Below are positions 1 to 14,189 of a DNA stretch of 64,000 nucleotides, in pieces; the first letter of the stretch is position 1, and each line of letters begins with the position of its first letter. The position numbers were made by a program, and so were the translations under genes. A model generated the notes under the pieces. That model was not told where the DNA came from, did not search any database, and worked only from the letters and a program-made list of their open reading frames with translations. The DNA is from Octopus bimaculoides (Eukaryota), in NCBI RefSeq assembly GCF_001194135.2, contig NC_068981.1:184447677-184511676 (forward strand), given 5' to 3'.

Positions 1-340
1 AGGGTTAGGGTTAGGGTAAAACAGCAAATTTAAAAAGAAAAAAGCAAATAAAACGAAGAAAAAAAAAGAAAATGAAAAAAGCAAATAAAACGAAGCTATG
101 GCTTAATCAGCCAAAGGAGTAAATGTAAACAACTGAATACTTGTCAGTGATTGGTTGAAATTATCGAAATAAGACAATTTTTTACATGAAATAAATTCGA
201 ATACAAAAATATTTTTCTGTTCTATAACACAAAATAGATAAGTATACGAAGTTTGAAAGTCTTTCGGTACCAAAAACACTACGTAAAACATTAATGAAAA
301 ATGTGGCCCCCGTTTTAAAAAAGATCCAAGAAATGTCTAA
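1..340 (+). repeat. Dispersed repeat with (TTAGGG)n; near-identical inverted copy at 33413-33576
   Basis: Direct comparison shows only a few mismatches over ~165 bp. Confidence 0.8.
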
Positions 341-2539
341 CAGTTTTTCTTACGTTCTGAGTTCTAATTCCAGCGCGGTTGACTTTGCCTTCTCTCTTTC
401 TGTGGTCGACGACAAGCAAGTACTGGTGATCAATTTGCCTCGTCCTTTTAAAATCGCAGGCCTTGGGCCTATATTAAAAACATAATACACATTTATCTTT
501 GTTTAAAGAGCCAGTCGGTTTTCACAGTTTATTTACTGCATAGCATAATAATTCGGGATTTAATAATCGAGCGTTTTCCTGTGTGTTTCCTGAGGAGGCA
601 TGTAACTTAGGATTATGAAGATCTTATGATGATGATCATGTTTTCACAAATCCATAGAAAATGTGAGAAGAGAGCAACGAGCAGGAATCGAAACAAGAGA
701 CAGGACTATTACTTGCTGTAAGCATACCCTCTCTCTACTTTACTGAGCTCGTACAAATTATATTTTCTGCACTAATTTATTATCTTGTTTATATAAAAAC
801 CTGTTGAAGTCTTCAATGTTTTCTTTATTATCTACATTAGAACGAAACGCCCTGTTATAATCTAAGGAATGCCGAACTATTAATAGCTGAATTCCACACG
901 TTGACATTGTGAATGTTAATGTACAATGACAGAAGATTAAGAAACAAAAGCTTCAAAGCTAGCGATGTGCTTTTGAAGTTTTGAAAATGTGTGTGAGTAG
1001 CAACGAAGTACAAAGAAAGACCAAATCCAGGTAGTTCATAGTATTTTAGAAAGAGGCCAAGTGGAAATGATGTTGAAAAATGATTGATTTGAGAATGTTT
1101 ACTTGACAGGCGGTAGTGATTTGAGAACTGCATGAAAGGTAGATGGAAATTAAAATTTGAAGTCAAGTTACACACAGTCACACACGCACAGAGGCGGGGA
1201 GGTGAGGGAGAAAAAGCAATTTATATTGAAATCATTGACGTTCTGTTTGTCTCTAGGTTTTACAATTGTCGGCCTCGATAGAATATTACAAACCCTTGAA
1301 ACAAAAATTCACCAGAAAATTTCAAAGACTGATTAAATAATTTTTGTTAGCTTGTTTAATTGAGAATAGTGAATAAATATGTTTTCTTTCGCATACATGT
1401 AATTCCGTTTCATAAACTGTGTTACCATTGTAAACAAGCCATATATTGACAGTTAATGAGTAACTTCAAAATGTGTTTAAATAAAACAATCTTAACATGT
1501 TTTCCAAGTTAAATTGACTGTTTTTTTTTTCTATATTTCCGTTTATCAATGCCAGTCCTTTAATTTCTATAGCTTTTAAGATAATTTTAACATTAATTTC
1601 CAACATTAACAGAAGGGCCATACATTTTCGGAAGGTGCATCGACTCTAGTCCATGTCTCGTATTTATTTTATCGAATAAAACACAGCAAGGCATTTTAAT
1701 CTGATGCTTTATCAATTCTGCCATTCCACTGTTCTTGAGTTTAATTTAATATTGTATTAACAGAAGGCAGAGAGCTAGCAGAATCGTTAGCACGCCGAGC
1801 AAAAATGCTTAACGACATTCAGGCCGTCTTTATATTCAAATACTGCCGAGGTTAACTTTGCCTATCATCTTTTCGAGATCGATAAAGTCCATTACGCATA
1901 CATATATCGTAAATACAATGAACGTTAAAAAGGACAACATACGAAGTACAAGACTTTGATAAACGCGTTTGCTTCACGCTTTCATAGAGAGAGATAATAT
2001 TTTCAACGTTTCGGATATTAATCCGTCACCAAACGCTATAGTTTACTAGTGAGTATGACTTAGCATATACCATGCTTTTATAAGTTATTTCGGAACTCTT
2101 TGCATGTTCAGGACTTCCTACACCCTTTAACTCAATGGCACATCCAGGATGTAACAGAGAGAGAGAGAGAGAAAGAAAGAGATGCACCAGTGTTCGAGTG
2201 GTACTCATTTTCAGGCGAGTAGACTGAAACAGCGTAAAATGAAGCGCTTTGATCAAGGTCACACTAGACCAGGAACTGAACCCGTGACCTTATGATCGTG
2301 AGTTGAACGCCCCGAACCATTAGGCCACGCGCCTTCACTGTTAAATACATGTATAATTAATAAAACCAAATACGCAATAGTTTTCTTTTTCTCTTTTTTT
2401 TAAAAAATAAACTTTTCTCTTACTATTTTGCATGTTGTGTGGCCATGCTGGGGCACCAACTTTCCATGCAAAGTGCAACAGTTTTTTTTTTCTCCAATGT
2501 CGCAGGAAATGAAAGACACTGAGAACCACTGCAATAGAG

Positions 2540-2725
2540 CAGAGCTCTGCAACTGGTATGCAGTGGAACACTCGTGTGCCATGAGACGGTGCTAGGTGTG
2601 CCGCAGTGTAACCTGAATATAATTTTTTTCCCCATACTTTTAGTTATATTTTTAGTTCAGGTGTACCGCCGAATTTTGAAAAGAATATAAGTGTGCCGCA
2701 AGTAAAAAAAGGTTGCGGAGCTCTG
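2540..2725. mobile_element. hAT-like MITE
   Basis: TIR cagagctc(t/c)gcaac; TSD not clean. Confidence 0.5.
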
Positions 2726-3989
2726 TGATTGAGTGTCTAAAAATGTATTGGATTCGATTAGAGGTCAAAGAATTTTAGGTGAAGGATATTCTCTACTCTA
2801 GGCACAAGGCCCGAAATTTTGGGGGAGGGGGATAGTCGATTAGATCGACACCAGTACGCAACTGGTACTTAATCTATCGACCCTGAAAGGATGAAAGGCA
2901 AAGACGACCCTGGCGGAATTTGAACTCAGAGAGTAAAGACAGACGTGCCGTGCTAACGTATCTGCTAGCTCGTCGCCATAGGCGAAGGATTTACTTGGAT
3001 GATTGTATCTGTCAAAAGTGTTGTCTTAGGAGAAAAAAGAAAAAAAAAAGCACTTTGGTCAAGGTGGTCCTAAATATACCAAAGTCAAGAAGGTCACGGT
3101 TGGAATGCCTTTGATGAGAGGTTTGCTCAATAAATGTTTTCAGAATAAAGTGAATCAAACTTTTTGGGGGAGGACATTAATATCTCTTAACTTTTATTAT
3201 TATTGTTATTTTCAGTTATAAGACTATGGCCTTGCTGGGTCATCGCCTTAAAAGGTTTTAGTCGAACAGATGAACCCCAGTAGTTACTTTTTTAAAGTTT
3301 GGCACTTACTTTATCGGCACTTTTGCCGAACCGCTAAGTTACTGGGACGTAAACAAACCAACACCAATTGCCAAGCGGTGGGGGAAACAAAACACAAATA
3401 CAAAGTTAAACAGCTTTAACTGAGATTCGGGACATTTTGCAGGCTGGATCCTCTCCATACCATTTGTTTTTCCATTCCGATTGAGCAAAGCTACACCCAA
3501 ATTAGCTCCAGGAATGACAATCCGCAGTCATATTAGTATATCGGGGACTAAATCATTTAATTTCGTCGTCGTCGTCATGTATCATGTGTGTGTGTTGGCA
3601 CTCCGTCGTTTACGACGTCGAGGGTTCCAGTTGATCCGATCAACGGAACAGCCTGCTCGTGAAATTAACGTGCAAGTGGCTGAGCACTCCACAGACACGT
3701 GTACCCTTAACGTAGTTCTCGGGGAGATTCAGCGTGATACAGTGTGACAAGGCTGACCCTTTGAATTACAGACACAACAGGAAGTAAGAGTGAGAGAAAG
3801 TTGTGGTGGAAGAGTACAGCAGGGTTCGCCACCATCCCCTGCCGGATCCTCGTGGAACTTAAGGTGTTTTCACTCAATAAACACCCACAACGCCCGGTCT
3901 GGGAATCGAAACCGCGAGTCTGCTGCCCTAACCACTGGGCCATTGCGCCTCCACTCATGTATCATACTCCTGCAGCGTATTGATGACAC

Positions 3990-3991
3990 TG

Positions 3992-4036
<45 letters not shown>

Positions 4037-4390
4037 ACTGCTATCTTTAATACATCTGTTTCCTTAACTGAATTCCAATGTGTTTCGTGAGATGATATTT
4101 TCATGTACTGCAAATATAAAGTGACGCGAGTTCTCCAGCTGCTTTGTCACTTCCTGTCCATGATATTGTCCATCTATTACGTTCTTTGATTGCCTCTTGA
4201 ACCAATTACCCTTTACATTTCCTTCTATGATAATGTTTTCCAGACATCTGCTTCTTCGAATATGGTCGCAATGGACGAGCATTTGTTTTTTTTTCTTTCT
4301 ACAGTGTTCAGGAGCTGTTGTCTTTCATTTACTTGTAACACGCAGAGCGATTTTTTTATTAAAGATTCACGAGTGCAGATATAGCTGTGA
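3990..4390 (-). mobile_element. Decayed RTE LINE 3' end with (GAT)n tail
   Basis: HIRRSRCLENIIIEGNVKG resembles the RTE C-terminus; adjacent (CAT)n run 3991-4035. Confidence 0.5.
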
Positions 4391-5654
4391 GGTTCAGAAG
4401 TTCACTTCTCAACAATGTGGTTTCGGGTTCAATCTCACTGCTCGATGCCTTGGGCAAGTGTCTTTTATAATAATTCTGAGTTGCCAAAAGCATTGAGAGT
4501 GAAATTTGGTAACGGAAAACTTCGGAATTTCGTTGAAGAAATCGTTTTCCGTTATTTGATTGGTCGACTGCATTCTTCAACCAGTTTAAGGCCATCGTTT
4601 GGCACCTTGGCACCAAAGTGTTAGAAATGTTCGGGACCCCAAGTTTGACGAATAACTTCCTCTCACCTATGATGGAGGCCCTAAAAATGGGTCATGACAT
4701 GGTCTCTGTCCTTTTTTGTCTAAGTAAATCCGAAGAAAAAAAAACTTAAAACAAAAACAGAATTTGATTTTAGGTAATTTAGTTGTTATTTCTAGCAAAT
4801 CGAATGACCGCATAGAGGCTAACTTCAACGTCACTTTTTATATTTTCGGTATATGAAAATATCTGTGGAGGCGCAATGACCCAGTGGTTAGGGCAGCGGA
4901 CTCGCGGTCATAGGATCGCGGTTTCGATTCCCAGACCGGGCGTTGTGTTTATTGAGCGAACACACCTAAATCTCTTTTATCACAACTTTCTCTTACTTCC
5001 TGTTTCTGTTGTGCCTATAATTCAAAGGGTCAGCCTTGTCACACCGTGTCACGCTGAATATCTCCGAGAACTACGTTAAGGGTACACATGTCTGTGGAAT
5101 GCTCAACCACTTGCACGTTAATTTCACGAGCAGGCTGTTCCGTTGATCGGATCAACTGGAACCCTCGACGTCGTAAGCGACGGAGTGCCAACAACAATAT
5201 GTCACTTCACAAAACACATCGGGATGTGGTTAAGGAAGACAGATGTGTCAAAGATAGCAGTATTGATGATGAAGACGATTGAAATGACGACGACGATGAT
5301 GATGATAGCGGTAGTGTTGGTGATGACGGTGATAATGATGATTGCAATGCTGATGGTACTGGTATTTATAGTAGTAATGATGATGATGATGATGGCGATG
5401 ACGACGGAAGCGACGTTGACGAATCCCTCTAGACTGAGCGAATTACTGCTCGGCACAAAGAAACAAACGGGAATAAACCTATCGACCCCTCAACCGAACG
5501 GCTCCTTTCATCTTTGCCTTCTCCACCTCACTCTCTATTGAAGTGACAACCTTGTTTACTGTATCTCGTTTCGATTCTCCTTCAGCACTTAAAGGAAGGT
5601 ATTTCTCTCTGAAGTACACATGAACCTAACCACACAGTCTTAGAAATGAAAGAA

Positions 5655-5685
<31 letters not shown>

Positions 5686-6805
5686 AAAGCTATTTTAGAT
5701 TATAATTTTCCAGACTATTAACTTCATCTTTCGAGTATATATTTACAATTATTAAAATATCCTCACTACATTTCCACCGGTAGTTTAGTGCAAAAGAAGG
5801 GAGACTCGCGGCCTTAGAGACGCATAGGTCGGAAGATGTCGGGATTTTGAGGATAAAATAAAACACATTTTCAATGCTTATAATATGAGAGTAATATAAT
5901 TACCCAAGCTTGCCTCCAAACCACATGCTTCCGAGTTCAGTCTCACGTGACGCCTTGGGCGAGTATCTTCTAAGACTTGTGAGTGGATTTGGTAGACGGA
6001 AACTGAAAGAAGCCCATGTCACACACGCACTTATATATATATATCTGTATGTATGTCTTTGTGTCTGTATTTGTCCCCCACCACCGCTTGACAGCCGGTG
6101 TTGGTGCGTTTATGTCCCCTGTAACTTAGCGGTCCGGCCAAAGAGACCGATAGAATAAGCCCCCGGCTTTTTGAAAAAAAAAAGTCTTGGGGTCGATTCA
6201 TTCGACTAAAACCCTTTCCGTCATTGATCTGTACGTTCGTTAGCTATTCCTAGTGGCTTTTCGCCAGTGACGCCACCAAAAGTGAACAATACCAACGTTA
6301 AAGGCAGGAAATTGCAATGATCTTTTGGACGTTGACTGATGAGAAATAAGCTTCGAATTCTTGTAATGTTTTTGTAATATTTCCTTTTGTTGTGTTTTCG
6401 TTACATTATATATATATACGTTAAATTATATATTTCGTTAAATTATATATATTACGGGGAGGGACGTAAACACAACACCGGTTGTCAAGCGGTGATGGGT
6501 GACAAACACAGATACGAATACACACGACCGGCTTCTTTCAGTTTCCGCCTAACAAATCCACTTTCAAGAGTTTGGTCACCTGGGCTTATAGACAATTTGC
6601 CCAAAGTGCCACACTGTGGGACTGAACCTGAAACCATGTGGTTGGGAAGCAATCTTCTTACTACACAACCACACTTGCACACACACATTGTAGCTACGGG
6701 AAGGGGTAAGAAGTTGATGTGGCTCGGTTGAAGCTTTTATGGGGCGGTACTTTTATAAGTCTGTATACACTGTTGGGTCCCGTGGAGCGGTAAACTCAAT
6801 GGTTA

Positions 6806-8495
6806 CAAGGCGGCATTCCGAGACAGCCAGGTTGTGGAAAGTCGGTTTCAGCTTACGAGGATGACATCACCATCATCGTAACCGAAATGGACCACCTACA
6901 GAAAGTAGGCAAGGCCATAGAGGTTTACGAGACGGTGGCAGGAGCAAAGGTTAATCGTGAAAAGTCAGTCGGCTTGCAGCTCGGCACCTGGAGAGGCAAG
7001 TCGATGCCTCCAGATAGCGTCGTGGGACGTTGGACGGAGGGTCCGATTAAGTTGCTAGGAGTTTGGTTTGGACCAGACCTCCAAATAGAGAAGAACGGGG
7101 CCGAGGTAACGAGCTGGGTGACCCACATAGTCAAGACCTGGTCTTGGCGGTGGCTATCCCTGAAAGGGAGGGCGGAGGTGGCCAATGTGTTCATCGCATC
7201 GGTTATCACCTATCACCTAACCGTCGTTCCTTGCCCTGATTCGTGGTTGATCAAGCTGGAAAGACAGCTCTTCCGCTTTTTGTGGAAGTGCTCGAAACCG
7301 CTTGTGAGGCGCTCTATTTGCTGTCAACAACCGTTAAAGGGTGGGCTAGGGATGCCTTGGCTGTTGATGCGCAGACATGCGCTGAGGTTGAGGCATCTTT
7401 GGCTCTACCTGGATGGTGAACGGGTGTGGTCTCCGCTGGCGAAGCAGATGTTTCCCAAGTTCACTAGTTTCGGTGGNNNNNNNNNNNNNNNNNNNNNNNN
7501 NNNNNNNNNNNNNNNNNNNNNNNNNNNNNNNNNNNNNNNNNNNNNNNNNNNNNNNNNNNNNNNNNNNNNNNNNNNNNNNNNNNNNNNNNNNNNNNNNNNN
7601 NNNNNNNNNNNNNNNNNNNNNNNNNNNNNNNNNNNNNNNNNNNNNNNNNNNNNNNNNNNNNNNNNNNNNNNNNNNNNNNNNNNNNNNNNNNNNNNNNNNN
7701 NNNNNNNNNNNNNNNNNNNNNNNNNNNNNNNNNNNNNNNNNNNNNNNNNNNNNNNNNNNNNNNNNNNNNNNNNNNNNNNNNNNNNNNNNNNNNNNNNNNN
7801 NNNNNNNNNNNNNNNNNNNNNNNNNNNNNNNNNNNNNNNNNNNNNNNNNNNNNNNNNNNNNNNNNNNNNNNNNNNNNNNNNNGGAAAACCGTTACGCACG
7901 CTATTGTACAATGTTCGGAGGGTGCCGGATGTGTGGGTATGCGCTGAACAACTGTTGTCAGGTACAGGAAGAGTACAGCTATCGACTGAGTCTATAGTAA
8001 AAATTGAGCCGCCTGATTTCCTCTCGAAAGAAGGTAAGATTTGTTTTCTCACTGTGGTAGCAATTGCGAGACAGGTAATTTGGAGAACGAGGATGAAAGA
8101 GTTAAGGTCGGGCATTTTCATCTCTGGCTCTGCACTGATGAATTATTTCACCTTCCATCTTAAAAGGAAAATAGAGCTAGAGAGGAAATACCTGACTGCG
8201 AAAACGTTTGTGAATCGATGGAAGAATGTAGCACGAATGTTGCGAGTGAATGTAACCTCATGACTGCGATACGGGCTTTATCTGAAGTGGCGAGGCGGGG
8301 CTCGTGGGGTCCGTGCTAAACTCGTCTTCCTATCCATCCGTAATGTCTTCCGGTCTGTCCTATCATCCATTTTATTTATTTCATTGTGTTAATTTTTTAA
8401 AGGCATGTTTTTGTTCTTTCATTCGTATTTCTGACCCTAAAAATCAGACCGTGTTGTCCCCTCTATGTCAGCCCTTTGTGGGTAATAAAGAAAAC
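6806..8495 (+). mobile_element. 5'-truncated Tx1/L1-clade LINE (RT C-terminal half), internal gap
   Basis: VSAYEDDITII (degenerate YADD), KVNREKS, LLGVWFG, SLKGRAEVAN, GGLGMP; perfect 14-bp TSD aaactcaatggtta at 6792-6805 and 8496-8509; AATAAA tail. Confidence 0.88.
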
Positions 8496-9171
8496 AAACT
8501 CAATGGTTAGAAGTGTTCGGGCTCCCAAGCTTGAGGAATAACTAAAAAAAAAAAAATAGAAAACTAGTTATGACATGGTAGATACGGAAAAAAAAAATCA
8601 CAGGGTTTGATTTGAGAATAATTAATATTCACAATGAATGTTTTATTACATTTTTACGCATAGTTTAGAACATTTAAAATTTAGCTCAGACTAGATTACA
8701 CAAAATTCCAAGGGTCCCTCGGATATGTACGTATGTGTGTCGATATGTGTATGTATGTATGTTTTTTTCTCTTTTTAATTTAGAATAAATTTTGACCGGC
8801 CACCTACTTGGTAGTAAAGTTGTGAAGGGAAGCATCTTGTTTTGTTCATCATCCTTTAAATCTTGAAAAGGTCTTGCAGATTTTTATAGTCCCAGATATG
8901 TATGTATGTATGCGCTGGCATATATGAAAAAGGCCTCTTGCCTTGGTCTAGAGAATAAGAAGGTTGCTGGTATTTACTCCTATGAGTAGACTGATCATCA
9001 AAGGCGTCCCACCCTTGAAAATTGTCTGTCTCCTCCACCTCTCTCTCTCCTTTGAAAGCGAACGGAAATAAACTCGCGGTTTTAGAGAAAAAAAAGTCAT
9101 ATTTTATTACCGACGAATTATCAGCCCCACCTAAAACTTTAGAGTATTTTTGGTATGATCTCTTAGTCTTC

Positions 9172-9541
9172 GGTACGTTTTGGTTATCTCACCCCCATTA
9201 AAAAAACTAGGTTATCTCCCCACTCAAAAATTGAGTTTATGTGGCAATGAGATTGAATTAGAAGAGTTAGATCCTTTTGATTCAATACTTCAACACATTG
9301 TTAACGTTTGGCCTCCTCAATAGGAATGCTATGATGTGTTGTAAAAATATTATCAGATTCAATAAGTAGTTTAATTCTATCAGTTTTCATGTTCATTAAT
9401 TTTTTCATTTTTCTTTTGTTTTACTGAGAGTTAAACAATTTTTTTAGTTGAGAGAGATAATCAAAAGTACCGATATTTCTCGTAAAACGGGGGGAAGTAA
9501 CCCAATTTTTTTAAATGGGGGTGAGATAACCAAAAAGTACC
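9172..9541. mobile_element. MITE, ~50-bp TIRs beginning GGTAC, 8-bp TSD (Merlin-like)
   Basis: TSD tagtcttc at 9164-71 and 9542-49; TIR ggtac.ttttggttatctcacccccatt. Confidence 0.75.
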
Positions 9542-9734
9542 TAGTCTTCTTTCTCTGCCATAGCGTTTGACAGGTTTTAAAAATTTACAGTTATTTTAAT
9601 CTTATTTAACACAAGAACGTGTCCGCTCCTTTTTCAATCCCAACAACCTCCTCTTTCTGAGAAACACTACTTTAGAATAAGTCTCTTCTATGAAGTCGTT
9701 CAAAGGTGAGTGTTACTATAAATAATAGCTTATA

Positions 9735-10058
9735 TTGTTGTTGGCACTCCGTCGCTTACGACGACGAGGGTTCCAGTTGATCCAATCAACGGAACAGCCT
9801 GCTCGTGAAATTAACGTGCAAGTGGCTGAGCACTCCGCAGACACGTGTACCCTTAACGTAGTTCTCGAGGAGATTCAGCGTGACAAGGCTGGCCCTTTGA
9901 ATTACAGGCACAACAGAAACAGGAAGTAAGAGTGAGAGAAAGTTGTGGTGAACGAGTACAGCAGGGCTCGCCACCATCCCCTGCCGGTCTGGGAATCGAA
10001 ACTACGATCCTATGACCGCGAGTCCGCTGTCCTAACCACTGGGCCATTGCGCCTCCAC
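9735..10058 (-). mobile_element. tRNA-derived SINE family A (other copies 3592-3954 -, 4865-5197 +, 13561-13925 -, ~42000-42310 -)
   Basis: Head gtggaggcgcaatggcccagtggttagg (A box), ggtttcgattcc (B box), (CAA)n tail; 12-bp TSD taatagcttata for this copy. Confidence 0.88.
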
Positions 10059-13000
10059 TAATAGCTTATAATATACTAGGTAAAAAACAAACAATGCTTG
10101 GACGAACCCCTCCCACACCGAAAGATGGATAGGCTGCCACGGAATTTTAACGGTGTATTTATCGTATACCAATGGTCGGGATATCATTACACCAAGACGA
10201 CTCTTCGATGTTCAACCAGCCAAATTACAAGCTTTAATCTTGCCGTATTAAAGTGTGTATAGATATATATTCTATATATAAAAAGTGAGTTAGTAGTTTG
10301 AAATAAGATCTTAACCGCTCATCTTTGACATTTAGACAACTATTTATTTCGAGCCAGACAGTTTCAAATGACTATAATTTGTCTGACGTTTTTACTCTCT
10401 TGTTCAAAGTGTCAGGCACTGGGACAGAACCAGAAAGCATATGGTTGGGAAACAAGCTTCTTAACCACACAGACATGCTTGCGTCTGAAACAGAAATCGC
10501 ACGTACACAGTAATAACATATTTGTTTATTTGCAGTTTAGTCAACAAATGGAATGACGCAGAATATATTAATGTATATAAGACGACATAATTTAACAGTC
10601 CATGTCAATTTGACTGAAGTTTGTGATTTATTACGTGTCTTGTCCTTAGAGATACGTAAGTGCTAACAGGGAAATGTTGTCACTGGTGTTGTCATTGAAG
10701 ACAAATAGCGTATGGTACCTCTTCGCCGCCACCAGATTGATTTAAATCTATTCACGAATGGGTTAAGGTGAAATTATCAGTGCTCTTTCGTACACAATTT
10801 CCTTTCTACCTAAAGGTACTGTTTGGTAGCTTTCAACCATGTCGATCCAGGTCAGTTCGGATAAAAAAAAATTAAAGAAAATAGTGGGTTGAAATGTAAA
10901 CGCTTTCACTTACAAAAGATGTTTGTCGAAACGAATCTAGGAAAAAAATTCACCTGAATATTATTCGTGTTAGTCATCAACATTAAAAATATCGATTAAA
11001 AAAAAAAAATTAAGTGTATTACTCTTTTACTTGTTTCAGTCTTTTGACTGTGGCCATGCTGGAGCACCGCCTTTAGTCGAGTAAATTGACCCCGGGACTT
11101 ATTCTTTGTAAGCCTAGTACTTATTCTATCGGTCTCTTTTTGTCGAACCGCTAAGTTACGGGGACGACGTAAACACACCAGCATCAGTTGTCAAGCGATG
11201 TTGGTGGTAGTGGTGGGGGGACAAACACATCTAGATATATATACAATGAGCTTCTTTCAGTTTCTGTCTACCAAGTCCACTCACAAGGCTTTGGTTGGCC
11301 AGAGGCTAAAGTAGAAGACACTTGCTCAAGGTTCCATGCAGTGGGACTGAACCCGGAGCTGTGTGGTTGGAAAGCAAGCTTTTTACCACACAGCCATGCC
11401 TGCATCTACATCAAAATGTTATATTTTGGATTTTGCCACACCTTGTCGCCATAGGGGCAGGTTGTGTGGTTAAGAAGCTCACTTTGCAACCATGTGGTTT
11501 TTGGTTCAATCCTATTGTGCTGTACCTTGGGCAAATGTCTACTACTAGAGCTCCAAGCCAAGCAATGCCTTGTAAGTGAATTCAGCTGACAGAAACAGTG
11601 TGAAAACCCCTTGTGTAGTAGGTGTGTTTCTTTGTCCATCAACTCACTCCTTCACAACAACACTTCGTTTGTTTACACCACTGTAACTTAGCAGTATAGT
11701 ATTTATTGTCTGTTTCTTTTGCCAGAATTTTTAAAAAATCAATGGCGTAGGAGTGGCTGTGTGGTAAGTAGCTTGCTTACCAACCAGTTATGCACTGGGG
11801 TCGATGTAATCGACTTAATCCCTTTGTCTGTGCCCTCTATGTTTAGCCCCTTGTGGGCAATAAAGAAATAAGAAGTTCGCCATTATCTTCTGCCAGAGTT
11901 GCTTGGAGCTTAAGATTTTCGCTCATAAACACACACGTCGGCCAGACTGAGATTTGAACCCATGACCCCTGCTCTAACCACTAAACCTCTATATCCTTTT
12001 ACTCTTTTCAGTCATTTGACTGTGGCCATGCTGGAGCACTGCCTTTAGTCGAGCAAATCGACCCCAGGACTTATTCTTTTTTGCCAAACCGCTAAGTTAC
12101 GGGGGGCGTAAACACACCAACATCAGTTGTCAAGCAATGTTGGTGGGGACTAACACAGACACACAAACATATATACGACAAGCTTCTTTCAGTTTCCGCC
12201 TACCAAATCCACTCACAAAGCTTTGGTTGACCTGAGGCTATAGTAGAAGACACTTGCCCAAGGTGCCATGCAGTGGGACTGAACCTGGAACCATGTGGTT
12301 GGTAAGCAAGCTACTTACCACACAGCCACTCCTATGCCTGCTAACAATATCACGGTAGTATTGACTACTACTACTTTTCCTTTTATCCACTTTGAGCTAA
12401 CAAAAGCTGCTATGTAGGTAAACAGCGATCTAGAAGCAGAGGTAGAATATCCTTCTAATTTACATCCCAGCATCATAGGAAAAAAAACACATTAGATAAT
12501 AGTCTTGGGATTTCTGTGCCTGAAGGGATGATCACAATTGGAATGCTCTTCATCATTGAACTGACCTGGGGCTAAACAACAGATTTATCAATTACAAAAG
12601 AATGAAAGGTAGTCAGCACTGACTGGATTCAAACTGAACATTTCATTTTAGAGCCTTGTTGCTTTCATGACTTTACAATATTGTTTTCTACTCTAGGCAT
12701 AAGGCTTGAAATTTTNNNNNNNNNNNNNNNNNNNNNNNNNNNNNNNNNNNNNNNNNNNNNNNNNNNNNNNNNNNNNNNNNGTACTTAATTTATCGACCCC
12801 TGAAAGGATGAAAGGCAAAGTCGACCAGATGAAATATCGCTAAGCATTTCACCCGGTGTGCTAACGTTTCTGCCGTCATGACTTTACAATATTGTCTAAT
12901 AGAAGTTCACACTAAACTCACTGCTTTAATAACAATACAATCATTGTTGCTTGTTCCTTCTTGAGCCATGCCTGGCTTGTAAGGGCCAGTTTTATTGACA

Positions 13001-14189
13001 TATAGGTTCCTAACCTGGATGGGATGCCGGTCCATCACAGGTGAGCTGCTAGATGCAGGAGGAAAAAAAGAGTGCGAGAAAGTTGTGGTGAAGGACTCTG
13101 CAGAAGCTTGCCATAGCCTTCTGCCGGAGTCGCGTGGGGCTTTTAGGTGTTTTGCTAACGCACACATCGAACCTTTGACTGCGAGTCCACTGCTCCAACT
13201 ATTAGGACATGTGCCTCTACAATACAATCAATGCTTTACATTAATTATAATTTCAATGTCCACTTATCTGAGCTTGTGCGGGTCAGCTGGATAATAATGT
13301 TCTTGGAGCCAATCCTCACTTGTTTTCAAGCAAAGTAATATTTCTCAATGTTTGACATTAAGTAATTCTATTCAGAGTTCAAATTTCACCAGGGTTGACT
13401 TTGCTGTTCATCAGTTGAACATTGGTGGGTGGGTGGGTGTGTCAATGTAATAAACTTAAATGTTTCACCAAAAATCGAAACCAATGTAAAGTAATCACTA
13501 AATTGATGACCAATAATCTTTAAATCATCTGATTGGATAAAACTGCAGCTTATTAACTCATTGTTGTTGGCACTCCGTCGCGGGTTCCAATTGATCCGAT
13601 CAACGGAACAGCCTGCTCGTGAAATTAACGTGCAAGTGGCTGAGCACTCCACAGACACGTGTACCTTTCACGTAGTTGTTGGGGATATTCAGCGTGACAA
13701 GGCTGACCCTTTGAATTTACAGGTACAACAGAAACAGGAAGTAAGAGTGAGAGAAAGTTGTGGCGAAGGAGTACAGCAGGGTTCGCCACCATCCCCTGCC
13801 GGAGCCTCGTGGAGCTTTAGGTGTTTTCGCTCAATAAACACTCACAACGCCCGGTCTGGGAATCGAAACCACGATCCTATGACCGCAAGTCCATTGCCCT
13901 AACCACTGGGCCATTGCGCTTCCACTATTAACTAATTTTCTTTGATTTCTTTTTTTTTTTTAATTAGCAATTAAATACCTTATTGACTTCTATTTTCTAT
14001 TTATGAGTGACAATTTCACTCTAGGATCTTTATCACAACAGGCAGCATATCCATCTAATATGTATTTTTGGAAATGTCTTATCTACACAGAAAATAAAAT
14101 AAAAATACTACAGGTGTTTCATCCATTTACATTGCTTTACACCTGAGTTTCTATAAACAAGATTTTTGTAGGAAATATTAATGATAGGA

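Noticed and set aside
1-17. TTAGGG repeats as a true telomere
   Set aside because: Under three units, embedded in a dispersed repeat that has an internal copy at 33.4 kb.
586-710. Hammerhead from CTGAGGAG ... CGAAAC
   Set aside because: No convincing stem II, palindromic stem III or stem I could be built.
4865-4945. tRNA gene
   Set aside because: The A/B boxes belong to a multi-copy SINE head and there is no complete cloverleaf.
5143-5541. Met/Val-rich 132-aa ORF and similar ORFs at 16415-17044 and in SINEs
   Set aside because: Translations of microsatellites, low-complexity DNA or repeats.
6330-6365. CTGATGAG as a hammerhead core
   Set aside because: It is followed by CGAAT rather than GAAA, and there are no stems.
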